A DNA stretch of 64,000 bases from Pelagibacteraceae bacterium (GTDB lineage Bacteria > Pseudomonadota > Alphaproteobacteria > Pelagibacterales > Pelagibacteraceae): contig JAGYIF010000004.1 of assembly GCA_018402735.1 (NCBI GenBank), positions 37,669-101,668 of the forward strand, read 5' to 3'. Both the position numbers and the translations under genes were made by a program. Below, piece after piece: positions 22,062 through 33,014 of the stretch. The notes beneath the pieces are model-generated. The model did no database searches. It saw only the letters and a program-made list of their open reading frames with translations, and was not told the DNA's origin. Positions within the stretch are counted from its first letter, which is position 1, and the number at the start of each line of letters is the position of its first letter.

Positions 22062-23045
22062 TTAATTTCCAAGTCTTTTTAACATTTTTTGTAGTTTTAA
22101 CAAATCTTTAGGCAATTCTGTGGTAAAAAATAATTCTTCTCTAGTTTTGGGATGAATAAAGCCTAATGATTGGGCGTGCAGTGCTTGAAAATTTATTTCT
22201 TCAATTATTTTTTGTAATTCTGGATCAATATCTCTAATTTTTCTCATTTTGCTTCCATACATTTGATCACCTAAAATAGGATTTTTTTTATGGGCTAGGT
22301 GAACCCGTATTTGATGGGTTCTTCCAGTTTCTAATTGACACTCAATCAAACTAATATCGGGAATTAATTTTCCTTTAAAAATTTCTAAAGTTTTATAATT
22401 AGTAATTGCATCCTTACCGCTAGCAACATCAGCGCTCATTTTTTGCCTGTTGTACCTACTTCGTCCTATTAAAGTTTCTATTCTTCCGTGTATCGGCTTC
22501 ATCATTCCCCAGACAAAAGCTAGATAAGTTCTTTGCGTTGTATGTTCTTCAAATTGTTTAGCTAGTTCATTATGAGCAATATCGTTTTTTGCTACCACCA
22601 ATAATCCGGAAGTGTCTTTATCAATTCTATGAACAATGCCAGGCCTAAGTTCCCCATTAATTCCAGACAAGTTTCCTTTGCAGTGATGAAGGAGAGCATT
22701 TACCAAAGTACCATCAGGATTGCCGGCACCAGGGTGCACCACCATGCCGATCGGTTTATTTACTACAAGCAAATCATAGTCTTCATAGACAATATCTATT
22801 GGAATTTTTTGAGGTTTTATATCTGCTGTTATAGCTTCCGGAACAACTAGTTCTACTTGATCGCCAAAAATTACCTTTTTTGAACCCTCATCAATCGGCT
22901 TTCCGTTTACAAAAAGTCCTCCTTCTTTTATTAATTTATTAATTTTAGTTCTGCTAAATGAAGGTAATTCCTCGACAATAAAGTGATCGACGCGCTTAGC
23001 ATTTTGTTCTTCCGAAACAGTAAAGTTGTATTTTTTATTTGGCAT
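22062..23045 (-). CDS. rluD: RluA/RluD family 23S rRNA pseudouridine synthase
   Basis: S4 domain, GIVHRIDKDTSG and GRTHQIRVH motifs. Confidence 0.92.
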   Translation of the reverse strand: MPNKKYNFTVSEEQNAKRVDHFIVEELPSFSRTKINKLIKEGGLFVNGKPIDEGSKKVIFGDQVELVVPEAITADIKPQKIPIDIVYEDYDLLVVNKPIGMVVHPGAGNPDGTLVNALLHHCKGNLSGINGELRPGIVHRIDKDTSGLLVVAKNDIAHNELAKQFEEHTTQRTYLAFVWGMMKPIHGRIETLIGRSRYNRQKMSADVASGKDAITNYKTLEIFKGKLIPDISLIECQLETGRTHQIRVHLAHKKNPILGDQMYGSKMRKIRDIDPELQKIIEEINFQALHAQSLGFIHPKTREELFFTTELPKDLLKLQKMLKRLGN

Positions 23046-23050
23046 TATCT

Positions 23051-23059
23051 TGTTATAAT
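23051..23059. promoter_or_regulatory. Overlapping divergent -10 elements for the tRNA (+) and rluD (-)
   Basis: + strand TGT-TATAAT (extended -10) 8 nt before the tRNA; - strand TATAAC 6 nt before the rluD ATG. Confidence 0.55.
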
Positions 23060-23067
23060 ATCTTAAT

Positions 23068-23142
23068 GGTCTTGTAGTGAAATGGATATCATGCTTGTCT
23101 TCGAAACAAGCGTTTTAGGTTCGAATCCTAACAAGACCACCA
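23068..23142 (+). tRNA. tRNA-Arg (anticodon UCG)
   Basis: Acceptor stem GGTCTTG/CAAGACC, D-loop with GG and A20, anticodon stem CTTGT/ACAAG with loop CTTCGAA, TTCGAAT T-loop, encoded CCA. Confidence 0.93.
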
Positions 23143-23162
23143 AATACTTGCTGTCTTTTAAA

Positions 23163-23954
23163 TTATTCACCAACATTAATTAAACTACCTTTTATCTTTG
23201 CGTTTTTGAAAGAATAATAAAAGGTACAAATAGCTAAAATTAAATAAATCATATTTAGCATCAATGCATAATAAATATTTGAGTAGTGCACCGTATTTGT
23301 AATTAATATTGATCTGGTTTCTTCAAAAATGTGAGCGAGTGGTAATGCAAGTGCAATGGGTTGTAGCCAATTCGGCAAAATCTCAACTGGATAATAAATA
23401 CAACCAATCGGCGCGATAAAAAATAAACTTGCCCATGCAATATTTTCAAAAGAGGGACCAAATCTAACTAGACCAGCAGTAACAAGTAACCCTAAAGTAA
23501 TTCCAAAAATGTATAGGCTGAGCAATAGTAAAATAAGCGGATATCCAAGCTCAAGAAGCGATATACCAAAAAGAGGAATGGCAATTAATACTGCAGGCAC
23601 AAGTCCTATTAATGTTCTTAAAAGCGCAGTGCATGTTAAGGCAATTACAATTTCATTAACTTTTAAAGGGGATACAAATAGATTAATTAAGTTTCTGCTC
23701 CAAATTTCCTCTAAAAAAAGCATGTTATAACTAATGCTAGATCTAAATAAAAAATCATAGAGTATTGCAGCGCTCAATATAATTCCTGCGGTGTTGTTAA
23801 AATAGGTGCTGTGCATGGTAAAAAACTTCGAAACAAAACCCCACAAAATAATCTGGACTGTTGGCCAGTAGATCAAATCGACAATTCTAGGCAGAGATGC
23901 TTTGATCAAATAGAAGTGTCTAAGCATTAAAGATAAAATTCTTCTAATTTTCAT
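23163..23954 (-). CDS. ABC-2 type exporter permease
   Basis: Six predicted TM segments, EEIWSRN and YYPVEILP; overlaps the ATPase gene. Confidence 0.88.
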   Translation of the reverse strand: MKIRRILSLMLRHFYLIKASLPRIVDLIYWPTVQIILWGFVSKFFTMHSTYFNNTAGIILSAAILYDFLFRSSISYNMLFLEEIWSRNLINLFVSPLKVNEIVIALTCTALLRTLIGLVPAVLIAIPLFGISLLELGYPLILLLLSLYIFGITLGLLVTAGLVRFGPSFENIAWASLFFIAPIGCIYYPVEILPNWLQPIALALPLAHIFEETRSILITNTVHYSNIYYALMLNMIYLILAICTFYYSFKNAKIKGSLINVGE

Positions 23955-24669
23955 TTTGTCTCGCTAATTTAAGAAACACTTCTTCTAAATCATGTCTCCC
24001 ATGTTTTTTAATTAATTCGCCTGTTGTTCCTTCGTCAATAATAGACCCTTCTTTCATCATTAAAACGTAATCGCTCAATCTTGTGACCTCATCCATGTTG
24101 TGAGAAGCTAGCAAAATAGCCATAGAGTTTTTCTTTTTATAAGTTTCTAAAAATGTTCTAATAAAATCTCCAGTGTCAGGATCTAGACTGGCAGTAGGCT
24201 CATCCAAGAGAAGTATTTTTGGGTCATTAATAATAGATTTGGCAAGTGAAACTCTATTTCTTTGACCAGAAGAAAGTTCACCAGTTTTTTTATATAAAAT
24301 AGGAGCTAAATTTAATTCTTCTACTAGCTGTTCAATTTTTGCTTTAGCATTAGAAATTTCATACATCATTGCATACACTTTTAAGTTTTCGATTACCTTT
24401 AATTTTTTTGGTAACTCCACATAAGGAGAGGCAAAATTCATTTTTGCTAAATAATGATGATTGTTAGTTAATATTTTATTATTAATAGTAATACTTCCTG
24501 AGGTAGGTGTGATTAATCCAAGTATCATAGCGATCGTAGTTGTTTTTCCGCATCCATTAGGACCTAGTAACGCAACCGTTTGATTTTCCGAAATAGAAAA
24601 ATTAATTTTTTTTACTGCTTCAAATGTACCGAATATTTTTTGTAAATTATTAATTTCTAATTGTTTCAT
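23944..24669 (-). CDS. ABC transporter ATP-binding protein
   Basis: GPNGCGKT, LSSGQ and LLLDEPT motifs. Confidence 0.93.
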   Translation of the reverse strand: MKQLEINNLQKIFGTFEAVKKINFSISENQTVALLGPNGCGKTTTIAMILGLITPTSGSITINNKILTNNHHYLAKMNFASPYVELPKKLKVIENLKVYAMMYEISNAKAKIEQLVEELNLAPILYKKTGELSSGQRNRVSLAKSIINDPKILLLDEPTASLDPDTGDFIRTFLETYKKKNSMAILLASHNMDEVTRLSDYVLMMKEGSIIDEGTTGELIKKHGRHDLEEVFLKLARQNEN

Positions 24670-25613
24670 CTTGATGCTCGGATCAGTCTGTCATTGATTG
24701 CTTTACCAATTCCTTTATTAGGAATTTTTGTGATAGAAACAGAGCTATATCCTAATTCTTTAGCTTTACGTAGATAAACATAAAGATTACTTGCTGCTTC
24801 TTGTAGGGATGATTGTTTACTAAGAAAAAAAATATTTTTAGCGATTTTATGTTTACCAAATACCAATAAAGCTCCATCTTTTTTTGCCTTTGTTTTATTT
24901 AGATAAACGGGAATACCTGGTGAATAGTGTTTCTTAAATTGACCAGGGGCAACAACATCTCCTTTATGTTTTTTTTCAAACACTCTTTTGTTCAAAACTT
25001 TAGAAATCATCTCAGCAGTGATCGCTCCTGGTCTTAAAATATTGATTGTAGATCCAAGTGATATAACCGTCGATTCTAATCCTATGTTTATTTTTTTTGA
25101 ATGTAATATGAAAGGAAGTTTGTTGCCAAATTCTTTATGAACATCAATAGCCCTAGTCGTGCTAACTTGATTACTAAGATTGGCACTAGGAGCAGCTATA
25201 GGAACCCCCGATTGTTTTAGAACAGATAAAAAAGTTTTATTATTAGGAATTCTACAAGCAATTTGTTTTTTACTATTTAATACTAATTTGGAAATCTTAG
25301 ATCCTTTTTTTAATGGAAGTATGTACGTTAATGGGCCTGGAGAAAAGTGTTTTGCCAATGTGATCAACTGATCATTTATTACTGCTTCCCTCAGCATTGC
25401 TGCAAGACTTGGAAAATGGACAATCAGAGGATTATTTCTGGGTCTGTTTTTTAAAGCATATATTTTTTTGACAGAATCGTTTCGGTACGCATTTCCAGCT
25501 AGGCCATAAACTGTTTCTGTGGGTATCGCTATAACAGCACCAGATTTTATAAGCTTAGAGGCTTTTGCTAAATTTTCTTTATTCGCTTTGTAAATATTTG
25601 AATAGAATTTCAT
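24666..25613 (-). CDS. sua5: Threonylcarbamoyl-AMP synthase (Sua5 type)
   Basis: PTETVYGL, KNRP..NPLIVH, APSAN and PGQFKKHYSP motifs. Confidence 0.93.
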   Translation of the reverse strand: MKFYSNIYKANKENLAKASKLIKSGAVIAIPTETVYGLAGNAYRNDSVKKIYALKNRPRNNPLIVHFPSLAAMLREAVINDQLITLAKHFSPGPLTYILPLKKGSKISKLVLNSKKQIACRIPNNKTFLSVLKQSGVPIAAPSANLSNQVSTTRAIDVHKEFGNKLPFILHSKKINIGLESTVISLGSTINILRPGAITAEMISKVLNKRVFEKKHKGDVVAPGQFKKHYSPGIPVYLNKTKAKKDGALLVFGKHKIAKNIFFLSKQSSLQEAASNLYVYLRKAKELGYSSVSITKIPNKGIGKAINDRLIRASR

Positions 25614-25628
25614 TGTTAAATATTTATT

Positions 25629-25889
25629 ATGCTTTTGATGAAAAAAAACAATATTCCAGCTGACATAGAAAAGCTATCTTTTGAACAGGCTTTAGAGCAA
25701 TTGGAGCAGATTGTCTCTAAATTAGAAGACGGCAGTGCGCAGTTAGAGGAGTCTATTGATGAATACACAAGAGGTATTCAATTGAAAAAACATTGTGAGT
25801 CTAAATTAAAAGAAGCCACCATGAAGGTGGAGCAGATTAGTATCGATAAAGAAGGTAACATAAGTAAAAAAGATTTTGTTAGGGAGTAA
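25629..25889 (+). CDS. xseB: Exodeoxyribonuclease VII small subunit (start may be ATG 25638)
   Basis: LSFEQALEQLEQIVSKLEDG...LEESI motif; in the xseB-ispA-dxs cluster. Confidence 0.93.
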   Translation: MLLMKKNNIPADIEKLSFEQALEQLEQIVSKLEDGSAQLEESIDEYTRGIQLKKHCESKLKEATMKVEQISIDKEGNISKKDFVRE

Positions 25890-25894
25890 TAAGT

Positions 25895-26776
25895 ATGCCC
25901 TCGTTTGCTACTGACATCAAATCTGTTGCAGATCAAACAGATAATTATTTAAAAAATTATTTTTCAAAACAAAAACAATCTAATCATTTATATGATGCGA
26001 TGGCTTATGGATTGTTTGCTGGCGGAAAAAAAATTAGATCTTATTTAACAGTTGCTGCTTTTGATTTATTTGATTTAGAAAAAGAGACAGCAATCGTAGT
26101 TGCTGCTGCCATAGAGTGTGTTCATAGTTATTCTCTAATTCACGATGATCTTCCAGCAATGGATAATGATGATTTTAGAAGAGGCAAACAAAGTACACAT
26201 AAAAAATTTGGAGAGTCGACAGCTATCCTTGCAGGCAATTCACTTCTAACCATTGCATTTGAAATATTAACTAATGACCAACTTAATTTAGACAAATCTA
26301 TTAAAAGCGATTTAGTATTTGCTCTTGCGTCTTGTTCAGGCCATTTAGGAATTGCAGGTGGCCAGTTTCTCGATTTATCATTTGAAGGAAAATCCCAGAA
26401 TCAGAAAACAATTATTGATATGCAAAATAAAAAAACTGGAGAATTGATGGGATTTTGCATTGAAGCTGCAGCTATTGTAGCAAAAAAAAATGACGCAAGA
26501 TCAGAATTAAAACATATCGGACTAGATATAGGATTGTTATTTCAAATTGCAGATGATCTACTTGATGAGTATGGAGAGGAGGACAAATTAGGTAAACCCT
26601 CTAAGCAGGATAATAAAAAAGGAAAAGCAACTTTATTGTCCACTCTTGGTTTAGAAAAAACCAATATGTTAACTAAAGACTTGCTTATCAAAATTAAGAA
26701 TTCTTTAAAAAAATATGGATCGAAAGCAGATAGGCTGATATCTTCAGCTGAATTTATATTGCAAAGGGACCATTGA
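25895..26776 (+). CDS. ispA: Farnesyl diphosphate synthase
   Basis: [24 protein letters not shown] and FQIADDLLD motifs. Confidence 0.95.
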   Translation: MPSFATDIKSVADQTDNYLKNYFSKQKQSNHLYDAMAYGLFAGGKKIRSYLTVAAFDLFDLEKETAIVVAAAIECVHSYSLIHDDLPAMDNDDFRRGKQSTHKKFGESTAILAGNSLLTIAFEILTNDQLNLDKSIKSDLVFALASCSGHLGIAGGQFLDLSFEGKSQNQKTIIDMQNKKTGELMGFCIEAAAIVAKKNDARSELKHIGLDIGLLFQIADDLLDEYGEEDKLGKPSKQDNKKGKATLLSTLGLEKTNMLTKDLLIKIKNSLKKYGSKADRLISSAEFILQRDH

Positions 26777-28686
26777 TGCCAAATACACCTTTATTAGATC
26801 AGATTAATTACCCAGCAGATTTAAAGAAATTAAAAGAAGAGCAGTTACCACATCTGGCAAAAGAATTGAGAGAAGAATTAGTAGATGCAGTATCAGTAAC
26901 TGGTGGACATCTTGGTGCAGGTCTTGGTGTGGTAGAGCTTACTATTGCTATTCATTATTTATTCGACACTCCCAATGATAGATTAATCTGGGATGTTGGA
27001 CATCAAGCTTATCCTCATAAAATTTTAACTGGCAGACGTAATAAAATTAGAACTTTGAGACAGGGCGGTGGTTTGTCTGGATTTACTAAAAGATCTGAAA
27101 GTCAGTATGATCCATTTGGAGCTGCGCATAGTTCAACTTCTATTTCTGCAGGATTGGGAATGGCCGTTGCAAGAGATTTAGAAGGAAAAAAAAATAATAT
27201 TATAAGCGTGATAGGTGATGGAGCTATGAGTGCTGGCATGGCTTATGAAGCTATGAATAATGCTGGCGCTATGGATTCTAGATTAATTGTTATTTTAAAT
27301 GATAATGAAATGTCGATTGCCCCTCCTGTAGGAGCAATGAGCTCTTATCTAGCCAAATTATTATCTGGAAAAAAATATATTGGATTTAGAAATTTCTTTA
27401 AAAAGTTAGCAAATAAATTTCCAGGAAGATTGAAACAAAGAATTGGCCTAGCAGAGGAATATTTGAGAGGAATGGCGGTTGGCGGTACGTTATTTGAAGA
27501 AATGGGTTTCTTTTATGTTGGATCTGTCGATGGCCATAATTTTGATCAACTACTTCCTGTATTAAAAAATGTGAAGAATTCAACTCATGAAGGACCATTC
27601 TTAATTCATGCGATCACACAAAAAGGAAAAGGATATCAACCCGCTGAAGAATCGAAAGATAAGTATCACGGTGTAACAAAATTTGACATCACAACGGGTG
27701 AACAATCAAAAAGTTCATCTAACAAACCTTCCTACACAAATGTATTTGGAGAAACATTAACTGCACATGCTATGCGAGATAATAAAATTGTTGCAATCAC
27801 TGGTGCCATGCCATCGGGAACTGGTATTAATATCTTTCAAAAACAATTTCCAAAACGAACGTTTGATGTTGGCATTGCAGAACAACACGCTGTAACTTTT
27901 GCCGCAGGACTTGCAACAGAGGGATACAAGCCATTCGCTGCAATTTATTCTACTTTTTTACAACGAGCGTATGACCAAGTTGTGCATGACGTGGCAATTC
28001 AAAAATTACCAGTTCGATTTGCAATTGATAGAGCAGGATTAGTAGGAGCTGATGGCCCTACTCATGCCGGTTCTTTTGATATTACCTATCTTGCAACTCT
28101 TCCTAATTTTGTTGTGATGGCACCAAGTGATGAGGCAGAATTAGTACGAATGATTAATACATCGATTGATATTAACGATAGACCTAGCGCTTTTAGATAT
28201 CCAAGGGGTAATGGCACAGGAATAGAACTTCCCTCCATTGATGAAAAATTAGAAATTGGAAAAGGCAGAGTAGTAAGAGAAGGAAAACAAGTTTGCATTG
28301 TTAGTTTAGGTACAAGATTAGAAGAATGCAAAATCGCAGCTAATAATTTAGACAGCAAAGGAATTACAACAACAATTATTGATGCAAGATTTGCAAAACC
28401 ACTAGACGAAGAACTGATTACCCGCTGCGCAAGAAAACACGATATGATGATTACCATTGAAGAGGGATCTATCGGAGGTTTCGGATCTCATGTTGCAAAT
28501 TTGCTTGCAGAAAAAGGAATTTTTGACAAAGGATTAAAGTTCAGGTCGATGATGTTACCAGATGTATTTATTGAGCAAGATACCCCTGAAAAAATGTACG
28601 ATGTTGCAGGTTTGAATGCCAAGCAGATTACTGAAAAAATTTTAGATGTTTTTTTTAGTAAAGAAGGCATTAAGATTATTAAATAA
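26773..28686 (+). CDS. dxs: 1-deoxy-D-xylulose-5-phosphate synthase
   Basis: [32 protein letters not shown] and GIAEQHA motifs. Confidence 0.98.
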   Translation: MMPNTPLLDQINYPADLKKLKEEQLPHLAKELREELVDAVSVTGGHLGAGLGVVELTIAIHYLFDTPNDRLIWDVGHQAYPHKILTGRRNKIRTLRQGGGLSGFTKRSESQYDPFGAAHSSTSISAGLGMAVARDLEGKKNNIISVIGDGAMSAGMAYEAMNNAGAMDSRLIVILNDNEMSIAPPVGAMSSYLAKLLSGKKYIGFRNFFKKLANKFPGRLKQRIGLAEEYLRGMAVGGTLFEEMGFFYVGSVDGHNFDQLLPVLKNVKNSTHEGPFLIHAITQKGKGYQPAEESKDKYHGVTKFDITTGEQSKSSSNKPSYTNVFGETLTAHAMRDNKIVAITGAMPSGTGINIFQKQFPKRTFDVGIAEQHAVTFAAGLATEGYKPFAAIYSTFLQRAYDQVVHDVAIQKLPVRFAIDRAGLVGADGPTHAGSFDITYLATLPNFVVMAPSDEAELVRMINTSIDINDRPSAFRYPRGNGTGIELPSIDEKLEIGKGRVVREGKQVCIVSLGTRLEECKIAANNLDSKGITTTIIDARFAKPLDEELITRCARKHDMMITIEEGSIGGFGSHVANLLAEKGIFDKGLKFRSMMLPDVFIEQDTPEKMYDVAGLNAKQITEKILDVFFSKEGIKIIK

Positions 28687-28696
28687 TATTTAAATA

Positions 28697-30391
28697 ATGA
28701 CCATTATTGATAAGTCTCACTTCAATACTATCATTGTAGGAGCTGGAAGTTCAGGTTGTTTACTTGCAAACAGACTATCAGCAAATCCCAATCATAAAGT
28801 GTTATTAATTGAAGCTGGCGGAAAAGATGATTGGATTTGGATTAAGATTCCGGTTGGTTATTTATTTACTATTAACAATCCAAGAACTGATTGGTGTTTT
28901 AAAACAGAACCTGATCCTGGACTAAACGGCAGATCTATTCATTACGCCAGAGGAAGAGTGCTTGGCGGTTCATCATCTATTAATGCTATGATTTATATGC
29001 GTGGACAGGAAAGTGATTATCAGAAATGGATTGAAAGAACTGGAGATACTATTTGGGACTGGAAACATTCTTTGGATACATACAAATCTATAGAAAGTTA
29101 TTTTGGTGGATATAATCTGTGGCATGGCTCTGACGGAGAAATGAGAGTTGAACAACCACGGGTGCAGTGGCCAATTTTAGATTCATGGAGAATGGCTGCA
29201 TCTGAGCAAGGCATACCGAGTATTGAAGAATTTAATAGAGGAGACAATGAAGGTTGTGCATATTTTCATATGAATCAAAAAAAAGGAATTCGCTGGTCTA
29301 TGTCGGATGCTTTTTTAAAGCCAATTAAGCATAGAAAAAATTTAACCATTATGACGAATACCCAGGTATTAAAAGTATTAACCAAAACCATAACTAACGA
29401 AACACTCAATCAGTCCAAAAATAGAGAACGAGCTTGGGCTAATGCAAAATTAGAAGCTTATGGGCTAAAAATTCTTCACAAAGAAGAACAGAAAATTGTT
29501 ACAGCCTCTGATCAAGTGATTTTAGCAGCAGGAGCAGTAAGTTCCCCTCATCTGCTTCAGGTGTCAGGAATAGGACCGGTTTCTTTAATAAATAGTATAG
29601 GAGTAGAGCCAGTATATGATCTACCAGGGGTTGGAGAGAATTTACAAGATCATTTACAAATTAGAACTGTTTATAAAGTCTCAAATTGCGAGACAGTTAA
29701 TACTTTATATAAAAATATATTTAGCAGAATAAAAATGGTTCTCGAATATGCTTTATTCAGAACAGGGCCCATGACCATGCCCCCATCCACACTAGGTGCT
29801 TTTGCTAAAAGTGATGAGACACAAACTAGTGCTAATTTAGAGTGGCATGTTCAGCCCTTATCCCTTCCAAAATTTGGAGATCCATTGCATCCATTTAATG
29901 CCATTACTCCAAGCGTTACCAATATTAGACCTACATCGCGTGGTTGGATTAGGGCTACCAGTTCAGATCCTTTAGTTTATCCGAATATTTTATGCAATTA
30001 TTTATCTACTCAAGAAGATTTGGATGTAGCGGTAGCAGGACTAAAAAAAACAAGACAGATTATGCAAAGTAAAGCCTTACAACCTTTTGCACCTGAGGAG
30101 ATGTTGCCAGGTACTACTATCCAAACCGATAAAGATTTAGAACACGCGGCAAGAGATTTGGGAACTACAATTTTTCATCCCATCGGAACTTGTGCCATGG
30201 GCAAAGTAAATAGTACTGGAATTGCAGAGCACCCCATGACAGTTTTAGACTCTGAATGCAGAGTCAGAGGTATTTCTAAATTGAGAGTCATAGATGCATC
30301 TTCTATGCCTGTTATTACATCAGGTAATACCAACGCTCCGGTTATGTTGATTGCTGAGACGATTGCAAAAAAAATATTGAGGGCTAATTAA
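28697..30391 (+). CDS. GMC family oxidoreductase (choline dehydrogenase-like; substrate unproven)
   Basis: GAGSSG FAD site, GRVLGGSSSINAM, GENLQDH, FHPIGT and GNTNAP motifs. Confidence 0.9.
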   Translation: MTIIDKSHFNTIIVGAGSSGCLLANRLSANPNHKVLLIEAGGKDDWIWIKIPVGYLFTINNPRTDWCFKTEPDPGLNGRSIHYARGRVLGGSSSINAMIYMRGQESDYQKWIERTGDTIWDWKHSLDTYKSIESYFGGYNLWHGSDGEMRVEQPRVQWPILDSWRMAASEQGIPSIEEFNRGDNEGCAYFHMNQKKGIRWSMSDAFLKPIKHRKNLTIMTNTQVLKVLTKTITNETLNQSKNRERAWANAKLEAYGLKILHKEEQKIVTASDQVILAAGAVSSPHLLQVSGIGPVSLINSIGVEPVYDLPGVGENLQDHLQIRTVYKVSNCETVNTLYKNIFSRIKMVLEYALFRTGPMTMPPSTLGAFAKSDETQTSANLEWHVQPLSLPKFGDPLHPFNAITPSVTNIRPTSRGWIRATSSDPLVYPNILCNYLSTQEDLDVAVAGLKKTRQIMQSKALQPFAPEEMLPGTTIQTDKDLEHAARDLGTTIFHPIGTCAMGKVNSTGIAEHPMTVLDSECRVRGISKLRVIDASSMPVITSGNTNAPVMLIAETIAKKILRAN

Positions 30392-30396
30392 AATTT

Positions 30397-31023
30397 TTAA
30401 ATTCCAAAAGTTGATTTTAATCCATTAATTATAAATTGGATAGCAAGCGATGCTAATACCAAAGCCATGATTCGTGAAAATACATTTAGTAAATTTTTAC
30501 TAGTATAGTTGGCAACCACAGCAGAAAATAACATATGCAGAAAAGTAGCTAGCATAGCTGCTACTAGTGCGGCATAAACCATGAGTAGACTTTCGGTAGA
30601 GGAAGAATTTGCATTAACCAAGAGTACTACGGAAGTTAACGCAGCAGGACCGGCTATTAATGGGATGGATAACGGAAAAACAACAATATCATCCAAAGTT
30701 TTATCGTTGATTGCTTGATTAGCGCTTTCTTCTTTTCTAACTCTTCGTTTATCGAGCAACATTTCAATGGCAATGATGAATAAAATAATTCCGCCAGCTA
30801 TTTTTAAAGAATTTAAAGAAACGCCAATCCAATTGAAAAAGAATTGTCCACCATAGGCAAAAATAGCCAAGATAATAAAAGCAGTTAAGGAAGCCTTAGC
30901 TGCAATTCGAAATCGTTGTTGTCTAGAAGCACCATCAGTTAACATTAGATATAAAGGACCAACACCAATCGCATCAATCGCAATAAATAATATAGCAAAG
31001 GAGTTTAAAAATACTTCGTACAT
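30397..31023 (-). CDS. marC: MarC family membrane protein
   Basis: Six TM segments, IAGGIILF and VFPLSIPLIAGPA motifs. Confidence 0.9.
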   Translation of the reverse strand: MYEVFLNSFAILFIAIDAIGVGPLYLMLTDGASRQQRFRIAAKASLTAFIILAIFAYGGQFFFNWIGVSLNSLKIAGGIILFIIAIEMLLDKRRVRKEESANQAINDKTLDDIVVFPLSIPLIAGPAALTSVVLLVNANSSSTESLLMVYAALVAAMLATFLHMLFSAVVANYTSKNLLNVFSRIMALVLASLAIQFIINGLKSTFGI

Positions 31024-31065
31024 AGCCAGTTACTATAGCAATAATTTTTAATCTAATAATCTAAT

Positions 31066-31169
31066 CTATCCACATACACCCTTTCAGGTTGTATTTTTGA
31101 ATCAAAAGGGAATCAAAACGGAATCAAAAGGTGAACATCTGGACTTTGTCTTCTTAAAAATGTGGATAA
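31066..31169. repeat. Two inverted DnaA-box-like 9-mers flanking three tandem GAATCAAAA(G/C)G units
   Basis: ctatccaca at 31066, tgtggataa at 31161, GAATC at 31099, 31110 and 31121. Confidence 0.75.
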
Positions 31170-31179
31170 ATGTTCTACT

Positions 31180-31896
31180 TTAGTTGTCCCAAGGATTGCG
31201 AATGGTTGTTTTGTTTATCCTAGTTTTGACGGATAATTTGTTAAAAAACAAAATAGCTACAGCTCCAAATATAAAGCCACCAATGTGAGCGCCATACGCA
31301 ACTCCGCCACCAGAAGAGGAGGAAAGAGAAGAGCTTATGAATTGTAGGACAAACCAAAAACCCAAAACAAACAACGCTGGAATTCTTACTATTTGAGAAA
31401 AAAATCCAAGCGGGATGAGTACCAGCACTTTAGCTCTCGGGTGATTAACTATATAAGCTCCCAATACACCGCCGATAGCACCGCTCGCACCAATCATTGG
31501 AATAGTTGAATCGGTATTCATAAATACCTGGGTTAAAGCTGCAGCGATCCCTGACAAAATGTAGAATATAATAAATTTAACTCGTCCTAATTCATCTTCA
31601 ATATTGTCCGCAAAAATCCACATATATAACATGTTACCAATTAGATGCATGAATCCACCGTGCATAAACATGGAAGTAAATAAAGTTAATTCTGAAGGAA
31701 TTGCAGCAAGATGATCCGGTAATTCTGCTTTACCAGTTAGCACTGACGGTATTAAACCGTAGGAATAAAAAAGCCGTCCATCACTATAACTTGAAGAACT
31801 TACTTGTAAAATAAATACAAAAACACAAATTGCGATAATTGTGTAAGTAATAACTGGAGTGGTACTTGTTGGATTATCGTCTTTTAAAGGGATCAA
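31180..31896 (-). CDS. Rhomboid family intramembrane serine protease
   Basis: MIPLKDDNP start, HGGFMHLIGNM, catalytic GASG and VAYGAHIGG motifs. Confidence 0.94.
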   Translation of the reverse strand: MIPLKDDNPTSTTPVITYTIIAICVFVFILQVSSSSYSDGRLFYSYGLIPSVLTGKAELPDHLAAIPSELTLFTSMFMHGGFMHLIGNMLYMWIFADNIEDELGRVKFIIFYILSGIAAALTQVFMNTDSTIPMIGASGAIGGVLGAYIVNHPRAKVLVLIPLGFFSQIVRIPALFVLGFWFVLQFISSSLSSSSGGGVAYGAHIGGFIFGAVAILFFNKLSVKTRINKTTIRNPWDN

Positions 31897-31899
31897 GGC

Positions 31900-32982
31900 C
31901 TAGCCACACTGAGCACGGTTAAGTAAATAATGATCAAGAAGCACGCACGCAAGCATTGCTTCACCAATTGGTACAGCTCTAATTCCAACGCAAGGATCAT
32001 GTCTTCCATGCACAGAAATATTTGTATTTTTCCCGGATTTGTTAATGGTCTCTCTAGAATTTAAAATAGAAGAAGTTGGTTTTACTGCAAATGAGCAAAC
32101 AATATCTTGACCAGAAGAAATGCCGCCCAAAATTCCACCGGCATTATTTGTTTTAAAGCTTATTTTTCCTTTATTGCTTCTAATTTCATCAGAATTAGTT
32201 TCACCAGTTAAACTTGCAGCATCCATACCTGCACCAATATTTACAGCCTTAACTGCATTGATACTCATTAAAGCAGATGCAATATCTGCATCTAGCTTGG
32301 AGTAAATAGGAGCACCTAGGCCAACAGGAATTCCACGCGCACGTAATTCAATTAATGCACCACACGAACTTCCTTTCTTTCGAATGTTTAATAAGTAGTC
32401 AGCAAAAACTTCAACAATATCTTTATCCGCAGAAAAGAAAGGATTTTTTCTAATTTGCTTTTCATCCCAGTTATTAGGATCGCTCATGACCGGACCAATT
32501 TGAGTAACAGCTCCAATAATTGCAAATTTTTTACCTAATAATTGGCTCAATACTTTTTTAGCTATAGCACCAGCTGCAACACGTGATGCAGTTTCTCTAG
32601 CAGAAGATCTACCACCACCACGGTAATCGCGAATTCCATATTTTTTGAAATAAGTATAATCAGCATGGCCGGGACGAAATTTATCTTTGATATTCCCGTA
32701 ATCTTTAGACTTCATATCTTCATTATAAATAATAAGAGAAATAGGAGTTCCGGTAGTCTTACCTTCAAATACACCTGATAAAATTTGTACTAAATCTCTC
32801 TCTTTTCGTTGGGTTGTGAATTTAGATTGACCAGGCTTTCGCAAATTCAAATCAGCTTGAATATCTTTTTCGGACAATGCAATATTAGGTGGACAACCAT
32901 CCACTATGCAACCAATCGCAGGTCCATGGGATTCGCCCCAAGTGGTAAATCTAAAAACTTTTCCAAATGTATTAAATGACAT
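31900..32982 (-). CDS. aroC: Chorismate synthase
   Basis: [20 protein letters not shown] and GRHDPC motifs. Confidence 0.98.
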   Translation of the reverse strand: MSFNTFGKVFRFTTWGESHGPAIGCIVDGCPPNIALSEKDIQADLNLRKPGQSKFTTQRKERDLVQILSGVFEGKTTGTPISLIIYNEDMKSKDYGNIKDKFRPGHADYTYFKKYGIRDYRGGGRSSARETASRVAAGAIAKKVLSQLLGKKFAIIGAVTQIGPVMSDPNNWDEKQIRKNPFFSADKDIVEVFADYLLNIRKKGSSCGALIELRARGIPVGLGAPIYSKLDADIASALMSINAVKAVNIGAGMDAASLTGETNSDEIRSNKGKISFKTNNAGGILGGISSGQDIVCSFAVKPTSSILNSRETINKSGKNTNISVHGRHDPCVGIRAVPIGEAMLACVLLDHYLLNRAQCG

Positions 32983-33014
32983 ATAGCTAATATATAAGTT
33001 AATTTGACTAAATT

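Noticed and set aside
23068-23165. tRNA as a possible integration site
   Set aside because: No integrase and no duplicated tRNA 3' end found in the window; flanking genes look like core genes.
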